Positions 1 through 8,674 of a stretch of DNA of 50,399 nucleotides are shown in pieces. Every line of letters begins with the position of its first letter. Within the stretch, counting starts at the first letter, position 1. The position numbers were made by a program, and so were the translations under genes. The stretch comes from Terrimicrobiaceae bacterium (lineage in GTDB: Bacteria > Verrucomicrobiota > Verrucomicrobiia > Chthoniobacterales > Terrimicrobiaceae). The DNA is taken from NCBI GenBank assembly GCA_044342325.1, contig JBIIPZ010000021.1, positions 1-50,399 of the forward strand, read 5' to 3'. The notes under the pieces are model-generated. The model worked only from the letters and a program-made list of their open reading frames with translations. It was not told the DNA's origin and searched no databases.

Positions 1-2
1 CA

Positions 3-1163
3 AATACCCGCAAAGCGACCCGAATAGGCCGGAATCTGGCCGATGGCAGCATGCCTGTGGCTGAGGCTCTTGAAGAACTGAAACTCCTGGCGAAGCCGAA
101 GTCGGCCATGGTGGGTGTGGAGATGCACACTTTCGAGCAGCTATGGGAATACAAGGCCGAAGACGACTCCAGCACCTTGGTGGGCAATCGCTGGCTGTGC
201 CGTGGCGGCCAACTCCTGCTACTCGGGCAGTCGGGCATCGGCAAATCCTCCTACACCCTGCAACAAGCGATGACCTGGGCGCTGGGCATGCCGTTCTTTG
301 GAATGAAGCCTAAGCACAAGCTCAAGTGCCTGCTCGTGCAGGCTGAGAACGATATGGGCGACATGGCCGAAGTGGTGCAAGGCGTGATGTCTTATGTCGT
401 CGCGCAAAGTAAGATGACGCAGCGCGAGGCGGTGGATATCCTGCGGGAGAATGTCATCGTGGCTCGCGTCACAGCACAGACCGGCGAAGCATTTATCGAG
501 GTGATCCGCGAGCTGATCGTCAAGCACGGCCCGTTCGATCTGGTCTACGGGGATCCGCTGCTGTCATTCATCGGCGACGATATTTCCCAACAGGCTGTGG
601 CATCGCACTTCCTGCGCGAGCTATGCAACCCGCTGGCCTTCGAGCATGGCTTCGCATGGGTATGGAGTCACCACACCGGTAAACCGCAGAGCGACAGCAA
701 GAGCCGGGCGCATTGGAACGCGAATGACTACGCCTACATCGGCCTTGGCTCATCGGAGCTAACGAACTGGGCACGCGCCATCTGTGTGCTCCAGACCACC
801 AAGCACGAAGGAATTTTCAAGGTTCTTTTGGCAAAGCGTGGCAACCGCGCCGCTGTAGTAGACGAACACGGCCACCCGACCACGGACATCATCATCAAGC
901 ACGCTGACAAGGGACTACACTGGGAAGTCGCAGAACTCCCCGAAGAGACCCAAGAAGAGGGCAAGCCACAGGGTAAAGCCGGACGCACGCCAAAGATATC
1001 TGCCCTCGATGAGGCTGAGATCGTGGCAAAGCACGCAGTATGGCCACAAGGCGCTCGGGGATTCTATGCCGAAATGACGGCCAAGTATGGCGTGTCCCGC
1101 GACACTATCGAACGAATTCTCCGCCGGTCCAAGAAGGCCGAGCAATCACTCAAAGCAGCATGA
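3..1163 (+). CDS. Phage replicative helicase, RepA/AAA_25 family (5' truncated by window edge)
   Basis: Walker A GQSGIGKS, then LLVQAEND, LVYGDPL, HHTGK and GSS..TNWAR motifs typical of RecA-fold AAA_25 helicases. The frame is open from base 3, so the true start is probably upstream of the window. C-terminal HTH-like segment. Confidence 0.8.
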   Translation, partial: NTRKATRIGRNLADGSMPVAEALEELKLLAKPKSAMVGVEMHTFEQLWEYKAEDDSSTLVGNRWLCRGGQLLLLGQSGIGKSSYTLQQAMTWALGMPFFGMKPKHKLKCLLVQAENDMGDMAEVVQGVMSYVVAQSKMTQREAVDILRENVIVARVTAQTGEAFIEVIRELIVKHGPFDLVYGDPLLSFIGDDISQQAVASHFLRELCNPLAFEHGFAWVWSHHTGKPQSDSKSRAHWNANDYAYIGLGSSELTNWARAICVLQTTKHEGIFKVLLAKRGNRAAVVDEHGHPTTDIIIKHADKGLHWEVAELPEETQEEGKPQGKAGRTPKISALDEAEIVAKHAVWPQGARGFYAEMTAKYGVSRDTIERILRRSKKAEQSLKAA

Positions 1164-1170
1164 AAATAAG

Positions 1171-1347
1171 TGCCGCAGAATTACCGCAGAATTACCGCAG
1201 AATAGAAATTATGCGGCACAGGATGACTGCCGCAAAATTAGTGCCGCATAATCCCCCCTTAAAGGGGGGGAATTATTCTGCGGCACTTAATTTTTCGGCG
1301 TCGTCATTTCCGTCCTGTAATTGCCGCAAAATAGATTTGTGCGGTAG
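1171..1347. repeat. Iteron-like repeats T(G/A)CCGCA(G/A/T)AA arranged as a large imperfect palindrome; candidate phage replication origin
   Basis: About 9 copies on both strands around the central CCCCCCTTAAAGGGGGGG at 1253-1270, directly after the helicase stop. Confidence 0.6.
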
Positions 1348-1353
1348 CACACT

Positions 1354-1611
1354 ATGAACACCCCCAAAAAACAACACGACCCATACATCGGCTGCCAAGC
1401 CTGCGGCCGCGAATGGCAAGACCACCCAGGCATCACCCACACCTGCCGACTCGCCACCGATCTGGCGACCTACCTCCGCTGGGCCCTCGATCATGTCGAG
1501 CCGCCCGAATACTCCCGCGACATCGGCGAGCAGGAAGTCTACTGGCAATCCGTCGAGGAAGCCCGCCGACTCGTCGTCGAAGCAAGCAATTGGAAAGCAC
1601 GCCAACCATGA
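1354..1611 (+). CDS. Hypothetical phage protein with CxxC motif
   Basis: 85-aa ORF with ATGA overlap to the next gene. Confidence 0.6.
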   Translation: MNTPKKQHDPYIGCQACGREWQDHPGITHTCRLATDLATYLRWALDHVEPPEYSRDIGEQEVYWQSVEEARRLVVEASNWKARQP

Positions 1612-2396
1612 AACCCAAACGATCCGCCAAACCCGAAACGAAACACTCCATCGCAACCAAGCTGGCAGCTGAATTCCATGTCAGCGTTCAGACAGCTACC
1701 CAATGGTTCGATGCCGGTTGCCCGATGAACTACGAGGAGGCCAAGGAATGGAAGCTCCAGAGGCGCGCACAGGCCGCGATTAAGTCCGAGATGGGGTCTA
1801 AGCCTAATAAGCTCGAGAAAGCGTTAGAACAGGCCGCTGCGTGCGAAGAAACGGTCAACTGGGATGCAATGAGCAGTCAGTTTCGCCAGATGTGCGATAT
1901 CGTGGCCGATTTCTACCTGATGGGCATGACGGTCTCAGCCATCAACACAAAGCTGGGAGTCAAACCCGCTGTCATCTCCCGCATCATCGCTAACCACCCA
2001 GACACTAAAGACAAGGAAGCCCAAGTTGCAGCCTCAAGCTGGAAAGATGTCCGCCGCCTGGCAGTCGATGCCCTCCGCGACAAACTCAACGACCCAACCC
2101 AAGTCAGCAAGATGAAAGCCGCCGAGCTCAACTTCGTAGCCGGAACCGCTCAAGACAAGATCCGCGACAGCGAAGGTGGAGCACAGCTCACCATCAACAT
2201 CAACCAGAAGATCAATGCGTTGTCGTTTGAGGAACTCATCAACAGCATCCCCAAGAAGGCCGATGATATCGATGGCGAATTCCAGATCGAGACTCCCTCG
2301 GGAACCAGTAGCGAGGCGGAGACCCCTCCGTCAAACTTGCCGCTCAGTCTCAATAACGGACCCAAAAACAAGGGAATTACTGACGCGTCCGAGTAA
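1608..2396 (+). CDS. Putative terminase small subunit / Nu1-like winged-HTH DNA-binding protein
   Basis: N-terminus LAAEFHVSVQTATQWFDAGCP...EAKEW resembles the lambda Nu1 HTH. C-terminal GGAQLTININ...SFEELI segment is TerS-like. Start placed at the ATGA overlap at 1608. Confidence 0.55.
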   Translation: MKPKRSAKPETKHSIATKLAAEFHVSVQTATQWFDAGCPMNYEEAKEWKLQRRAQAAIKSEMGSKPNKLEKALEQAAACEETVNWDAMSSQFRQMCDIVADFYLMGMTVSAINTKLGVKPAVISRIIANHPDTKDKEAQVAASSWKDVRRLAVDALRDKLNDPTQVSKMKAAELNFVAGTAQDKIRDSEGGAQLTININQKINALSFEELINSIPKKADDIDGEFQIETPSGTSSEAETPPSNLPLSLNNGPKNKGITDASE

Positions 2397-2470
2397 GTCA
2401 CTGCAAATCAACCCAAGCTCACTATCTATAAGAGGCGTTATCAGAAGTTATTAACCAATAATCGCCCGAC

Positions 2471-2541
2471 AGGGGGGGGGAGGGGGTCGGTCCGCTGGCT
2501 CCGCAAAATTACCCCCACTCGTCCAGCTCCCGAAAAATTTT
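2471..2541 (+). other. G-run motif (AGGGGGGGGGAGGGGGTC...ACCCCC...GAAAAATTTT); candidate packaging (cos/pac-region) signal
   Basis: Intergenic, between the putative terS and terL. Similar G-run motifs often flank phage terminase genes (my recollection, not verified). Confidence 0.35.
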
Positions 2542-2820
2542 ATGAAAAAACAGCAACCTAACAAGCAAGAAACAAAACAAGATCAACCGCCTATGCCTCC
2601 TGAGTGGCCGAGAATGGGCAAGGCCGCGCCTGGGAGACAACCGCAGAACCCCCGTGTGTTGAGGGTAGACCTCGACGGCGAAGTCGTGAATGTGCAGGTG
2701 CGGTCGAATACCTATTACCGGGCGAACGAGCCGGTCTTGGTGGGAGTGGACGCCGGAGGTGCGTTGGTGGCAGTGAAGCCGAAGACGAATGCGCTGTTGC
2801 ATGGGGGGTATGAGGGATGA
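2542..2820 (+). CDS. Hypothetical phage protein
   Basis: 92-aa ORF with ATGA coupling to the next gene. Confidence 0.6.
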   Translation: MKKQQPNKQETKQDQPPMPPEWPRMGKAAPGRQPQNPRVLRVDLDGEVVNVQVRSNTYYRANEPVLVGVDAGGALVAVKPKTNALLHGGYEG

Positions 2821-3308
2821 CGCCAAACGAAATGCTTTCTATGATTGCGCAGCTACGGCGCGAGCGCGACGAGGCGAGGGAGGTTGCAAGTGGATTAGCA
2901 ATACAAGAGGAGCGCGTAAATGAGGCTCTAAAAGAACTATCTTCGATACACCAATGGATTGATCGAAATCATCCCGATGGATTTATTGACTCTTTAACCT
3001 ATTTGCAGAATTTAGAGCGAGTTACGGATAACTGGTATGATCGTTTAGACCGATTAGAAGTTGACGCTAATCGATTTGAGAGAGAGCGCGACGAGGCGCG
3101 ACATAAACTTGAGCTTTGCATGGCAGCAAATAGCGATGTTGCAAGAATAGCGAAAGAGCGCAACGAGGCTTTGGATCAAGTCAAAGAGCTGATGTATATC
3201 GCAGAACGCGCTATCGATTTGGCTGAAATAGACTTTGAGAACGACAAATTTGGAGTCGTCTCTGAGCTTCGGGATGGGGTGGAGCGGATCAAGGAGGGCG
3301 CGAAATGA
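2817..3308 (+). CDS. Hypothetical coiled-coil phage protein (ERDEAR repeats)
   Basis: 163-aa ORF with repeated (E)RERDEAR motifs and ATGA overlaps at both ends. Confidence 0.65.
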   Translation: MTPNEMLSMIAQLRRERDEAREVASGLAIQEERVNEALKELSSIHQWIDRNHPDGFIDSLTYLQNLERVTDNWYDRLDRLEVDANRFERERDEARHKLELCMAANSDVARIAKERNEALDQVKELMYIAERAIDLAEIDFENDKFGVVSELRDGVERIKEGAK

Positions 3309-3571
3309 GCGACACACCGGAGACAGACGCAAGTCGTGGATACGCACTTTCCAGCCACTACGGGCGGATTGAGGGGAGCTATCTGCAAATGGATCGTAGC
3401 GGGCCGTTTGTTCATGCAGAAGTAGCTCGCAAACTGGAACGCGAGCGCGACGAGGCGAGGGAGATCGCAGGCAGGTTGGCGCATTTTCTGGAGCGCCCAG
3501 CTTACTCGGTGGATGAGGCAATCGCCCGAATGGAGGCGTTGAATTCTTACAAGAAGCAAAAAAGCCAATGA
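3305..3571 (+). CDS. Hypothetical phage protein (MSDTPETDA...LERERDEAR type)
   Basis: 88-aa ORF, ATGA-coupled, sharing the ERERDEAR motif with the upstream gene. Confidence 0.65.
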   Translation: MSDTPETDASRGYALSSHYGRIEGSYLQMDRSGPFVHAEVARKLERERDEAREIAGRLAHFLERPAYSVDEAIARMEALNSYKKQKSQ

Positions 3572-3828
3572 CCTGCCCGACTTGCCAATCTCCCACCCGC
3601 GTCGTCTCCTGCCGTTCTGTTGGCGATGGGTTCATTCGACGCCGCCGGTGCAGCAACGACCACCGTTTCAACACCGCCGAGGTCTCGCACCTCGGCCCCT
3701 TCCCCTGGGCGAAGAAAACCGCGACCAAGCCCGCCAAGCCCACCAAGCGCCCCAAACGCACCCACAAGGCCAAGCCTAAGCCCTCGGATTGGCTCACCCG
3801 CATCAACGACAAGCTCGCCGCCCTATGA
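3568..3828 (+). CDS. NrdR-like N-terminal zinc-ribbon protein
   Basis: MTCPTCQ..TRVVSCR....IRRRRC...HRFNTAE matches the NrdR Zn-ribbon pattern. No ATP-cone. Basic C-terminal tail. Confidence 0.7.
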   Translation: MTCPTCQSPTRVVSCRSVGDGFIRRRRCSNDHRFNTAEVSHLGPFPWAKKTATKPAKPTKRPKRTHKAKPKPSDWLTRINDKLAAL

Positions 3829-5435
3829 CATTCACGCAAACCGCCCACCCTCTGCTGCCATTTATCCCGCCGGAGCTTTTCGTTGCCGACTTTGAGGCGG
3901 CGAAGGCCCTGCTTGCCGAGAGGGAACGCCGCATTGGGTTGGAAAAAGAGGATCCGATTCGCTACGGCTACGAGCCCGAGCACTGGACCAAGGCCGAAAA
4001 GATCGCCAAACGCTACCGCGACCTGTTGGTGCTGGGCGGCAACCGCTCCGGCAAGTCCACTTGGGCCGGAAAAATGGTGGTTCGCACCCTGCTCGAGAAA
4101 CCCGCGAGCCGCGTGTGGTGCTTCCAGACCACAAACGACAACAGCATCTCGATGCAGCAGCCGATTGTGTGGAATTTCATGCCCGCCGAGCTGCGAACGG
4201 CCAAGCGCAGCAAGATCACCAACATTTCCTACACCCAAAAGAACGGTTTTTCCGAAAATACCGCCGTCCTTCCGAACAAATCGCAGGTCTGGTTCCGCAA
4301 TTACGCCCAGGACATCACGACAATCGAGGGTGGTGAGATAGATTTAGCCTGGTGCGACGAATTATGTCCCCTTGAGTGGCTTGAAACAATCCGATTCCGC
4401 CTTCTCGACCGAAACGGCATCCTCCTCGTCACCTTTACCCCCATCGAAGGCTACTCGCCCACGGTAAAAAACTACCTGCAAGGCGCCAAGACGCTCGAGG
4501 AGTGCGATGCCGAGCTTTTGCCGAGAAAAAGCGGCAAGGGATTTGAAAAAGTCCCCGTCGTGCAGGAATGCGTCACCCGGCACGCCGGCATCATCTATTT
4601 TCAGACCAAAAACAACCCATGGGCAGGCTACGGCCGCATGAAGACCGAGCTCGCCAAGCAACCCCGCGAAAAAATCCTCTGCCGCGCCTACGGCGTCCCC
4701 GTCAAGGCCGCCGCGACGCGCTTTCCCCGCTTCCGTGAGTCGGTGCATGTCGTCAAGGCCGACCAGATTCCCCAGGAAGGCACGAACTACCTCTTCTGCG
4801 ACCCCGCGGGAGGGAAAAACTGGTTCATGCTCTGGATCCGAGTGGACGCCGCCGATCGGGCGTGGGTTTACCGCGAGTGGCCGCAGACCGACACCTACAT
4901 CGAGGGCGTCGGCTACGCCGGACCGTGGGCGATCAGCAGCGGCAAGAAAGCCGACGGCGAAGCCGGTGAGGGGCAGAAATCCTTCGGCTTTGGCCTGCTC
5001 GCCTACAAGGCCGAAATCGAGCGCATGGAAGCCCTCGATGGGGTCAAGATTTTTGAGCGCTGGATAGACTCGAGGTATGCGAACACCACCGTCGCCGGCA
5101 CCCGCGAGCAATCCACCACGCTCCTCGAGGAGCTCGAAGATGTCGGCATGTCCTTCCGATCCTGCCCTGGCGAAAACATCGAAGAAGGCGTCGGCCTCAT
5201 CAACAACGCATTGTTTTATGACGAAGAAAACCCAATCGACCACACGAATGCCCCTCGGCTCTATATCTCCGAGGCATGCACCAACACCATCTGGGCCCTC
5301 AAGGAGTGGACCGGATCCGACGGCCAGAAAGGCGCCAGCAAAGACCCCATCGACTGCCTCCGCTACCTCCTCACTTCTGGAGTCGGCAATGTGGAAGGAG
5401 GTCGGCTCAATGTCACCGGAGGAGGTGCCTATTAA
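3825..5435 (+). CDS. terL: Terminase large subunit
   Basis: Walker A LGGNRSGKS, Walker B DLAWCDE, coupling motif VTFTP, nuclease DP motif (FCDPAGG) and C-terminal KDPIDCLRY. Start placed at the ATGA overlap. Confidence 0.9.
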   Translation: MTFTQTAHPLLPFIPPELFVADFEAAKALLAERERRIGLEKEDPIRYGYEPEHWTKAEKIAKRYRDLLVLGGNRSGKSTWAGKMVVRTLLEKPASRVWCFQTTNDNSISMQQPIVWNFMPAELRTAKRSKITNISYTQKNGFSENTAVLPNKSQVWFRNYAQDITTIEGGEIDLAWCDELCPLEWLETIRFRLLDRNGILLVTFTPIEGYSPTVKNYLQGAKTLEECDAELLPRKSGKGFEKVPVVQECVTRHAGIIYFQTKNNPWAGYGRMKTELAKQPREKILCRAYGVPVKAAATRFPRFRESVHVVKADQIPQEGTNYLFCDPAGGKNWFMLWIRVDAADRAWVYREWPQTDTYIEGVGYAGPWAISSGKKADGEAGEGQKSFGFGLLAYKAEIERMEALDGVKIFERWIDSRYANTTVAGTREQSTTLLEELEDVGMSFRSCPGENIEEGVGLINNALFYDEENPIDHTNAPRLYISEACTNTIWALKEWTGSDGQKGASKDPIDCLRYLLTSGVGNVEGGRLNVTGGGAY

Positions 5436-5601
5436 ACGCCGCACGCTGCGCAAGCGCGATGTCATGGACCTCCTCGGCATTTCGGAGCGCACCTACAAGA
5501 CCTACATCGAGGTTGGCCTCCTGCACCCGATCCCCGCGCCCCGGCAGAAACGCCACACCTTCAGCCTCCCCGCCATCATCAAAAAATTCCAACTCGCCTG
5601 A
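5410..5601 (+). CDS. Small HTH DNA-binding protein (excisionase/MerR-like)
   Basis: LRKRDVMDLLGISERTYKTYIEVGLL HTH pattern. Start may instead be GTG 5425. Confidence 0.6.
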   Translation: MSPEEVPIKRRTLRKRDVMDLLGISERTYKTYIEVGLLHPIPAPRQKRHTFSLPAIIKKFQLA

Positions 5602-5605
5602 CCCT

Positions 5606-5890
5606 ATGTTCAACCTAAAAAAACCCACCACCCGCTACATCCTCCCCGACCGGCTCGACGACGACGACATGACGACCGCGCTCTGCATGCCCGGAACCAA
5701 GCCACTCGTCGTGCAGGCTGTGTTGCAAGTCCTCCGCGACCACATCGACGACTCCGTCGAATTGGTCGGAAGCATCAAGCTTGCCACCGAGCACGGCCAG
5801 CTCGCCCACTGCGCCGGCGCCCTCGACGCCCTGCGCGGCCTCGAGTCCGACCTCCTCCAACGCATCGACGAAGCGAGCAAGAAAATGTAG
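5606..5890 (+). CDS. Hypothetical phage protein (head module)
   Basis: 94-aa ORF (MFNLKKPTT...) with phage-typical C-ending codons. Confidence 0.6.
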   Translation: MFNLKKPTTRYILPDRLDDDDMTTALCMPGTKPLVVQAVLQVLRDHIDDSVELVGSIKLATEHGQLAHCAGALDALRGLESDLLQRIDEASKKM

Positions 5891-5989
5891 AAAACTTTCC
5901 GGCGGTCACTGAGGGCATGCCGTCTCGCCGTTCCCAAGGGGTAAGCGAGGCGACCATGAGCGACCTGAGCCGTCGGACCTTTTTCAGCC

Positions 5990-6028
5990 AAGCGAACCGT
6001 TAAGTAATCCTTAGCGGTTCGCTTTTTT
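5990..6028 (+). terminator. Rho-independent terminator
   Basis: 15-bp stem AAGCGAACCGTTAAG / CTTAGCGGTTCGCTT followed by a T-run. Confidence 0.75.
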
Positions 6029-6172
6029 CTGCCGTTATAGGTCGGTCGATGCCTGTTTCTGCCGCTCTGGGTGCGGCTCTATAGATTTCCAGAATTCTGT
6101 CGTCATTCTGAATTTCAACGAGCCCCTGTGCCGCTCGACCCAAAAGGCGCTGACCCACTTGGTTGGATTACC

Positions 6173-7195
6173 ATGACGACAGACACACAAGACACCCCAC
6201 TACAGCTCTCCGACATTGCGGCCGAAATCGGCTTCGATCTCGAGGAGATAACCCCGCAGGAACAACCCGCCGCCGAGGAGACCGAAGCCGCGCCAGAAGC
6301 GCAGCCAGAGGCCACCGACACGGAGGATGCCTCAGCGGAAACTGATCTTTCACCAGATACCGACGAAAAGTCTGACGACGACAGCGACGCCGAGTCCGAA
6401 GAGGACAAAGACGACGCCGAGCCCGAAGAGGAAAAGAACCCCGTCCCCGAGAAGCTCCTCAAGCGCATCGACAAAATCACGGCCAAGCGCCGCGAGGCTG
6501 AAGAACGCGCCGAGACCCTCGAGAGCGAGGTCAGCGAGCTGCGAGCCAAACTCGACGCCACCGTTCCCATCCAGATCACGCCCACAGCGAGCGACCCGCT
6601 CGCCGATGTGGAAACGCCCGAGCAACTCGAAGACCGAGTTGCCACCGCGAAGAAAATCCGCGCCTGGGCGATCAAGAATTTGGAAGGCGGCACCGTCCAG
6701 AATGCCGCCGGCGAGGATGTCTACTACGAGCCCTCCCAGGTTCGTGAATACCTCGCCACCGCCGACGAGCTCCTCACCGAGCACGCCCCCAAGCGCAAGG
6801 AATGGATCTCGCAGCGCGGTGCCGTCATGCAAGAAGCCAAGGCCGTCTACCCGGCCCTCTTCAAAGCAGGCACCCCCGAGCACGAAAGCCTCGTAGCCAC
6901 GCTCAAAGCGCACCCCTACCTCAAAGGTCTGCCTCAACTCGAGATGATCGTGGGCGACGCCATCGAGGGCCAGAAGCTCCGCTTCGCCCGCGCCGAGGCC
7001 ATGGCCAAAAAGTCCGCAGCGTCCAAGACCGAGTCGAAATCCCCCGTGAAAGCCAGCGCCCCGCCAAGCCCTGCAAAAGGTGCCCGAGTGCCCGCCCAGA
7101 CCATAGCGACCCGCGAAGGAGCAAAAAACCTGTTCTCTCGAGGATCCTCGCTCAAGACCGACGACATCGCGGCGTTCCTCGAAGGAGCGCTCTAA
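6173..7195 (+). CDS. Capsid scaffolding protein
   Basis: Highly acidic N-terminus, coiled coil (KRIDKITAKRREAEERAE), and position directly upstream of the capsid gene. Confidence 0.75.
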   Translation: MTTDTQDTPLQLSDIAAEIGFDLEEITPQEQPAAEETEAAPEAQPEATDTEDASAETDLSPDTDEKSDDDSDAESEEDKDDAEPEEEKNPVPEKLLKRIDKITAKRREAEERAETLESEVSELRAKLDATVPIQITPTASDPLADVETPEQLEDRVATAKKIRAWAIKNLEGGTVQNAAGEDVYYEPSQVREYLATADELLTEHAPKRKEWISQRGAVMQEAKAVYPALFKAGTPEHESLVATLKAHPYLKGLPQLEMIVGDAIEGQKLRFARAEAMAKKSAASKTESKSPVKASAPPSPAKGARVPAQTIATREGAKNLFSRGSSLKTDDIAAFLEGAL

Positions 7196-7231
7196 CCCCC
7201 CAAATCCAAACCAACACCCCCCCTTAACACA

Positions 7232-8251
7232 ATGGCCGCTACACTCATCACCTCCCAAACTGGCATCCGCCAGGATCTCTCCGACCTCATCGCGGTCGTA
7301 GACGCAAAAACCTGCCCCGTCATCTCGATGGCGAAAAAAGGCGCAGAGCCCATCAACCCCCTCACACAATGGCAAGCCGACGCATTCAATGCGGCAACGG
7401 TTCCCGCCGGCGTGCTCTCAAACACAGATGTTTCCTCATCTGATTTCGTCGACAACGCCGCAAACCGCGTGCTCCTCTCGGCCCGCATCCAGAAGTTCCG
7501 CGAAGTCCCATCCGTGGACGACCTCGCGCAGCATGTCTCCGAAGTTGCCGGCATCGGCAAAAAGAAGGAGATGGCCCGCGCCGTCAGCAAATCCCTCGAG
7601 CAAATGAAGCGCTCGATGGAAGCCGCATTCTGCTCCGACCAAGAAGGCGTCGAGCAATCCGGCGTGACCCCTTACAAGACCCGCGGTCTTGGCAAGTGGA
7701 TCCAGAACGGCGCTCAGTCCGACCTCCCCGTCAACTCGGCCTACCGCACACCGACCGCGTCGATCAACACGACCGCCACGGCCAGCCTCACCGAGAACAA
7801 CATCCAAGATATGTTGCAGTCCCTCTACGAGCAGACCGGCAAATCCCAGACCTACAGCCTCGTCTGCGGGCCTGCCCTCAAGCGCCAATTCACCTCGTTC
7901 ACACGCACCCAGTTCGCTTCGACGAATGTCGCCAGCGCCATCCGCGTGTTGAATCAAAAAGACAGCTCCAAAATCGTCAGCTCTGTTGACATTTTTGAAG
8001 GAGATTTTGGCACACTCGAGCTCATCCCATCGCTCTTCCTGGCGAAGGACGCAACCGTCAACGCAGCCGCCGTGCAGAACGGCCGCGGCTATGTCCTCGA
8101 TATGGACATGGTCGAGCTCCGCTACAACCGCAAGCCCCGCTTCCAAGAACTGGAAGACCGCGGCGGTGGACCACGCGGCATCGTGGACGCCATCTGCGCC
8201 CTCTGCGTCAAGAGCCCTCTGGCTCTCGGCAAGTTCGCCCCGACTGCCTAA
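7232..8251 (+). CDS. Major capsid protein (SU10/DUF5309-like)
   Basis: 339 aa with GIRQDLSDLI...TCPVIS, WQAD, KRSMEAAF and FEGDFGTLELIP motifs recognised from this MCP family. Follows the scaffold gene. Confidence 0.8.
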   Translation: MAATLITSQTGIRQDLSDLIAVVDAKTCPVISMAKKGAEPINPLTQWQADAFNAATVPAGVLSNTDVSSSDFVDNAANRVLLSARIQKFREVPSVDDLAQHVSEVAGIGKKKEMARAVSKSLEQMKRSMEAAFCSDQEGVEQSGVTPYKTRGLGKWIQNGAQSDLPVNSAYRTPTASINTTATASLTENNIQDMLQSLYEQTGKSQTYSLVCGPALKRQFTSFTRTQFASTNVASAIRVLNQKDSSKIVSSVDIFEGDFGTLELIPSLFLAKDATVNAAAVQNGRGYVLDMDMVELRYNRKPRFQELEDRGGGPRGIVDAICALCVKSPLALGKFAPTA

Positions 8252-8261
8252 TCCAGCCTCC

Positions 8262-8339
8262 CCCGCATAGGCCCATCGGAGGGGCGCTCACACCCTCCAG
8301 AAATCAAAGAGCGCCCCTCCCAATGCGGGACAATTTTTT
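8262..8339 (+). terminator. Stem-loop after the capsid gene (terminator or mRNA stabiliser)
   Basis: CCCGCAT/ATGCGGG and GGAGGGGCGCTC/GAGCGCCCCTCC pairings followed by TTTTTT. Confidence 0.6.
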
Positions 8340-8341
8340 AA

Positions 8342-8674
8342 ATGTCCGACCTCGCAGTAGAACTCGAAGCCGATCTTGGTGACCTCGCCCCGCTGGTCAC
8401 TGAGGAACTCCGCACCGGCTGGCACGCCTCCATGGTCACCGCCGAGATGCGCCAGCAGCGGATCAAAGCCGCGAGCGACCGCATCGCCGCAGCCCGCAGC
8501 ACGGTGGAAGGCATCGGCCAGCACACCATGAGTGTCGATTTCGACAGCTACATCTACTGGAACAACCTCTACCCCGGTTGCTGGAAGGACAAAGGATTCC
8601 GCGAGGAATTCAAAAAAGCCAACCCCCACACCGTCGTCACCACTACCGCCAAGCCGACCATCGTCGTCCAATGA
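8342..8674 (+). CDS. Hypothetical phage protein
   Basis: 110-aa ORF, ATGA-coupled to the portal gene. Confidence 0.65.
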   Translation: MSDLAVELEADLGDLAPLVTEELRTGWHASMVTAEMRQQRIKAASDRIAAARSTVEGIGQHTMSVDFDSYIYWNNLYPGCWKDKGFREEFKKANPHTVVTTTAKPTIVVQ

